64,000 nucleotides of DNA, from positions 1,440,001 through 1,504,000 of the forward strand of contig CAXXGO010000001.1 in assembly GCA_963666835.2 (NCBI GenBank), written 5' to 3'. The notes beneath the pieces are model-generated. The model did not search any database. It was given only the letters and a program-made list of their open reading frames with translations, and was not told the origin of the DNA. Below, in pieces: positions 60,112-64,000 of this stretch. This DNA is from Phycisphaerae bacterium. Lineage in GTDB: Bacteria; Planctomycetota; Phycisphaerae; UBA1845. The translations under genes and the position numbers were made by a program. Each line of letters opens with the position of its first letter. Position 1 is the stretch's first letter.

Positions 60112-61025
60112 TGGGACTTTTTGACCGTTTTAAGAAGGGCCTGACGCGGACCCGCGAGAAGATTGCCACCGGATTCCGTGCGGCCGTGCGCATCGGACGG
60201 AAGATCGACCAGGAAAGCCTCAACCGCCTGGAGGACACGATGCTCGCGGCGGATTTCGGCCCGACCACCACGGCCAAGCTGATGGATGTCATCCACAGAG
60301 GCTGGAAAGGCGGACAGATCGTCGAAGAACAGGAAGTCACCGCCTTCCTCCGGCAGCACATCATCGAGATGTGGCCCGACGCCGACCGGAGAATCCAGCC
60401 CGCCGAATCCGGGCCCACCGTCGTACTGGTCACGGGCATCAACGGATCGGGAAAAACCACCAGCGTGGCCAAGCTGGGGCATTACTTCGTTGACCAAGGC
60501 AAGAAGGTGATCCTGGGAGCGTGCGACACGTACCGGGCAGCCGCCGTCGAGCAATTGACGATTTGGTCCAATCGCATCGGGGTGGAGATCGTCAAGCACG
60601 ACCAAGGGGCAGACCCCGGCGCAGTGGCGTATGATGCCTGCGAGGCGGCAGTAGCCCGCAAAGCAGACATTCTTCTCATCGACACCGCCGGCCGGCTGCA
60701 CACTCAAGACCACCTGATGCGCGAGCTGGGCAAGATCCAGAAGGTCGTGCAAAGGAAGATCCCCGGCGCTCCGCACGAGGTGCTGTTGGTCCTCGACGCC
60801 ACGGTCGGCCAGAACGCTGTTAGTCAGGCCCAACAGTTCGCGGAACACGTGGCCCTTACGGGCATATTCCTGGCCAAGCTCGACGGCAGTGCCAAGGGCG
60901 GAATCGTCGTCGGCATCCGAGACCTTCTGAACGTTCCGGTGAAGTTCGTCGGCCTAGGTGAAACCCCCCAGGACATCGAGCTGTTCGATCCAAGCACGTT
61001 CTTGGAGGCGATGCTGACGAATTGA
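60111..61025 (+). CDS. ftsY: SRP receptor FtsY
   Basis: GINGSGKTT, DTYRAAA, DTAGR and KLDGSAKGG. Confidence 0.95.
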   Translation: MGLFDRFKKGLTRTREKIATGFRAAVRIGRKIDQESLNRLEDTMLAADFGPTTTAKLMDVIHRGWKGGQIVEEQEVTAFLRQHIIEMWPDADRRIQPAESGPTVVLVTGINGSGKTTSVAKLGHYFVDQGKKVILGACDTYRAAAVEQLTIWSNRIGVEIVKHDQGADPGAVAYDACEAAVARKADILLIDTAGRLHTQDHLMRELGKIQKVVQRKIPGAPHEVLLVLDATVGQNAVSQAQQFAEHVALTGIFLAKLDGSAKGGIVVGIRDLLNVPVKFVGLGETPQDIELFDPSTFLEAMLTN

Positions 61026-61056
61026 CCAAACGGACCCCAACCGCGGAGTTCCACGT

Positions 61057-61470
61057 ATGCGATATGAAGAGAAAGAGCGCAATCGCATCGCGGAAGACAT
61101 CCTGCTGGACCGCCGGATACGTACGTCGATGTACTGCGCCAAATGCGGGTACAACCTCCGATCTCTCCCGCGGGCCTACCACTGTCCCGAATGCGGCCAC
61201 GAATACAGCACACGAGGAACAACGCACGGCATCTTTCTGCCCCACGGCGTAGATCCCCCCATCCCGTTAATAGTGGCCACGTTGGGCAGCGGATTGATGG
61301 CGGGCTTTCTCATAGCCGGGGGCATCCAGGTCGCAAACGAGAATGAAATCGTCCTGGGCTGCGTCTTCGCATTGATCACCCTCGGAACGGGCTGCATGGC
61401 TGTTTCCCGAATGGCCGGCTTCCTTAACCACCGCCGTATTGCCCGCCGGATCGAGGAGGATGAGGACTGA
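61057..61470 (+). CDS. N-terminal CxxCGY Zn-ribbon, 2-TM protein
   Basis: CAKCGYNLRSL....HCPECG followed by two TMs. Confidence 0.75.
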   Translation: MRYEEKERNRIAEDILLDRRIRTSMYCAKCGYNLRSLPRAYHCPECGHEYSTRGTTHGIFLPHGVDPPIPLIVATLGSGLMAGFLIAGGIQVANENEIVLGCVFALITLGTGCMAVSRMAGFLNHRRIARRIEEDED

Positions 61471-61665
61471 CGCGTTTTGCGCGTGACCGAGCCCGTCTTT
61501 GCGGCCGCAGTTGGGCATCCGCGGTCATCGTGCGGGTTATCGGCTGGTTTGCGACCCGTCGGGAATCGCCGGACCGTCTCCCGATATCAATAGCAGGAGG
61601 CGGAATCCGAAGAAACATCCGGCTCTCATGACAGGCATGGTACGCCCTCCGCGTCTTCTTTTTCG

Positions 61666-62241
61666 ATGACAGCGATGAAACCTGCGGAAGAATTCGACCC
61701 GGAAGAACCTCTTGTCGAGGCGATTCGCAACGGTGACCGGTTTGCCTTCGGCGAATTCGTGCGTCGGCAGACGCCGTGGGTCCGTGGCGTCATCTTCGGG
61801 GTGCTGGGCGATCCGGACAGGGGCGACGACGTCGCCCAGCAGGTGTGGACTGCTGTTTGGCAGAGGATCGGAGAACTTCGCGATGTTCGACGGTGGCGAC
61901 CATGGCTGTATCGGATGGCACGTAATGCCGCAGTTGACGCCGGGCGGGACGTCACCCGCCGAAGGCGTCACGGACAGGTGCTGGCCGCCGAGTCAGGGGT
62001 CCAGGCGATCTCGGGGTATGCCGAGGACAACCTGGCCCGCCGCGAGCAACACCAGGAGGTTCTGTCCGCGATCCAAGCCCTTCCGGCGTTGTATAGGGAA
62101 CCGTTTGTGATGCGTCACCTGAACGACTGGAGTTATAGGAAGATCGCAGAGGTAATGGGTATGCCGGTGGACTCGGTGGAAACGCGTTTGGTCCGTGCCC
62201 GCCGGTTCCTGCGAGAGTCTCTCAAGAGCAAGCTGGACTAA
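61666..62241 (+). CDS. ECF sigma factor
   Basis: Region 2 (DDVAQQVW..VW..WLYRMARN) and region 4 (LP..YRE.F..R...SY..IA..MG....VE.RL.RAR). Confidence 0.92.
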   Translation: MTAMKPAEEFDPEEPLVEAIRNGDRFAFGEFVRRQTPWVRGVIFGVLGDPDRGDDVAQQVWTAVWQRIGELRDVRRWRPWLYRMARNAAVDAGRDVTRRRRHGQVLAAESGVQAISGYAEDNLARREQHQEVLSAIQALPALYREPFVMRHLNDWSYRKIAEVMGMPVDSVETRLVRARRFLRESLKSKLD

Positions 62242-62246
62242 AGACA

Positions 62247-62840
62247 ATGTCAGACACCGACTATGACATCGAAAAGCTGATTACCCGCCGACTGGACGGC
62301 GAGCTCGACGAGGACGGGCAGCTCGAAGTCAACCGGGCGCTGATCCGAGATCCGCAAGCTCGTAGCCTCATGGAGGACTGTCAGCGGATTGACGAGCTGG
62401 CAAAGCAGGCGCTGCGGGAGACGCTGATGACCGGGGAGATCTCTTTCGATCCGGAATCGCTGACTACCAGCGTCCCCAAACGGCGAATCAATCGTGTGCC
62501 AAGGAGCTGGTGGCTCATTCCCGGAGCGATCGCCGCCGCCGTGTTGGCGCTGGTGATTCCGTATCCGTCCGTTGCACCGCCCCCAGGACCTTCCACGGCC
62601 GTCTTGAACGGCGGTTCGGTTAGTCCGAATCCAACGATACGGGATACGAGGCCGAGTCCGTGGGGCACCATGCGGACGGTAGGTACGGGTTCACCGCAGA
62701 TTCAGCGAAACACCGGACGGGAGGTCTTCGGCGTTGTCGGCGACGACGGCAACATCTATTGGATAGAGGTTGACCGGACACGGACCCTGAGACGGGCGGG
62801 ACAACATTCGACGAAGCCCACAATTAACGAGACTTTCTAG
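62247..62840 (+). CDS. putative transmembrane anti-sigma factor
   Basis: LI...LDGEL N-terminal domain and a single TM; directly after the ECF gene. Confidence 0.75.
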   Translation: MSDTDYDIEKLITRRLDGELDEDGQLEVNRALIRDPQARSLMEDCQRIDELAKQALRETLMTGEISFDPESLTTSVPKRRINRVPRSWWLIPGAIAAAVLALVIPYPSVAPPPGPSTAVLNGGSVSPNPTIRDTRPSPWGTMRTVGTGSPQIQRNTGREVFGVVGDDGNIYWIEVDRTRTLRRAGQHSTKPTINETF

Positions 62841-62916
62841 GCGTATCCGCGGAATCCGAGATTCCGCCGCCTTGAGAACGAACTGGCTGAGAACCAATCA
62901 ACGAAGGAGTGAAGCG

Positions 62917-64000
62917 ATGAAATGGATAGTGGTTTGCATGGTGTTCTCCGCGGCACCGCATTGGATGGCTGCCGCGTTGGCGGCACCTGCCGACGACGCC
63001 CCCACAGTGCATGCTCAGGTTTATGTAGTGTCAGACGACGGCACCGTGGACCTCCGCACCGTGGGCGAGGACTGTGATGCTGCAGTCCAAACCCTGAACG
63101 TCGTGCTCAGCGATGACGGGACTGCAAACACAATCAAACAGGTGGATCGCCTCGTAACAGTGCGTGCAGCGGCAAGTGACGAAGAGCAGGCGTGGCTCGG
63201 CGTATCAATCGGTCCGGTCCCGCCGGCGGTGGCGGCCCAAACCGGCACAAGAGATCGCGGGGCGATAATCCTGAACGTCGTCAAGGACAGTCCCGCCGAC
63301 GTGGCCGGCTTGAAGGAACATGACATCATCGTGTCGATTGAAAGCCAGGATGCCGATGGCGACATCAACAATCTGGTGCGGTTGATCAGCGGCCACCAGC
63401 CGGGCGATCAGGTGCCGATCGTCGTCCTGAGAAACGGCAAGGAGCACACCTTCCAGGCCAAGCTCAGTTCGCGCACCGAGCTGACCGGCGATGTTGAGTG
63501 GAAGTTCGCAACGCCGTCCCTGGCCGAGGTCGAAGAGGAGATTCGGACTCGAGGCAAGATCGTCCGCCGGGGTCCGGGAGACGAGTGGATTGTCGAGGAT
63601 CTCGGAGAGCTCGACGTCCTGTCGGACCTCCCGGCGAGTATCCGGACTCTGATCCCCCAAAGCGGCACGAAGACCATTCAGATGTTCCTCGACGATGACC
63701 ACCACACGGTCACTACCAGGGTGGAGCAGGATGGAACCGCCTTGGAGATTACTCGCGAAGGCGAGGGTGAGATTGTGGTCAAGCGGGTCGATCAGAACGG
63801 CAATGAGACCAGCGCTACCTACGCCGACGAAGACGAGCTGCGCGAGGCCGACGAGGAGGCCTTCGAGGCCTTCAAGGGAGTGATCGGGGCCGAGCTGATC
63901 AAGATTGACGTGGACGGCTGGGCGGATCTCGACGACTTCGATTTCGATTTTGACATCGACTTCGACGTGAATTCCGAAGATTGGCAAGACCACCTCGACA
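62917..64000 (+). CDS. exported PDZ-domain protein (runs off window)
   Basis: Manual translation: AAGGAG RBS, MKWIVVCMVFSAA, AWLGVSI...VVKDSPADVAGLKEHDIIVSI...VLRNGK. Confidence 0.8.
   Translation, partial: MKWIVVCMVFSAAPHWMAAALAAPADDAPTVHAQVYVVSDDGTVDLRTVGEDCDAAVQTLNVVLSDDGTANTIKQVDRLVTVRAAASDEEQAWLGVSIGPVPPAVAAQTGTRDRGAIILNVVKDSPADVAGLKEHDIIVSIESQDADGDINNLVRLISGHQPGDQVPIVVLRNGKEHTFQAKLSSRTELTGDVEWKFATPSLAEVEEEIRTRGKIVRRGPGDEWIVEDLGELDVLSDLPASIRTLIPQSGTKTIQMFLDDDHHTVTTRVEQDGTALEITREGEGEIVVKRVDQNGNETSATYADEDELREADEEAFEAFKGVIGAELIKIDVDGWADLDDFDFDFDIDFDVNSEDWQDHLD

Overview
GC-rich bacterial DNA, most likely Planctomycetota, class Phycisphaerae. That assignment is inferred from mreB, GACC Cys-rich repeats, CxxCGYxLxG..CPEC membrane proteins and an ECF/anti-sigma/PDZ trio. 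The two flanks are housekeeping. 1-29.9 kb holds two GT39-like glycosyltransferases, CBS-korA-korB-CBS, selB-selA, ggt, an isochorismatase-like gene, a TolB-like gene, xerC, mreB-mreC, an M48 protease, folD and DUF480. 57.9-64 kb holds a FlgT-like gene, ribH, nusB, ftsY and an ECF sigma/anti-sigma/PDZ set. Between them are two divergent accessory blocks. Block 1 (30.1-49.1 kb, minus strand) is a polymorphic toxin locus. Its 2255-aa Rhs has a Sec-type signal peptide, four Cys-rich repeats and a ~225-aa dockerin-like module inserted between YD repeats, with no PAAR/VgrG seen. It is followed by four orphan Rhs C-terminal toxin modules and about 12 candidate immunity genes. Block 2 (49.6-57.7 kb, plus strand) is a cassette-like array of small membrane-protein genes, six with a C-terminal CxxCGY..CxEC Zn ribbon. 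The genes are interleaved with five ~98-bp GTAG-tagged REPIN-like hairpins and other REP families, and one Zn-ribbon tail plus REP segment is duplicated almost exactly. Several frameshifts at 13.7-17.4 kb look like sequencing indels. All family names come from motif recognition, not database searches.
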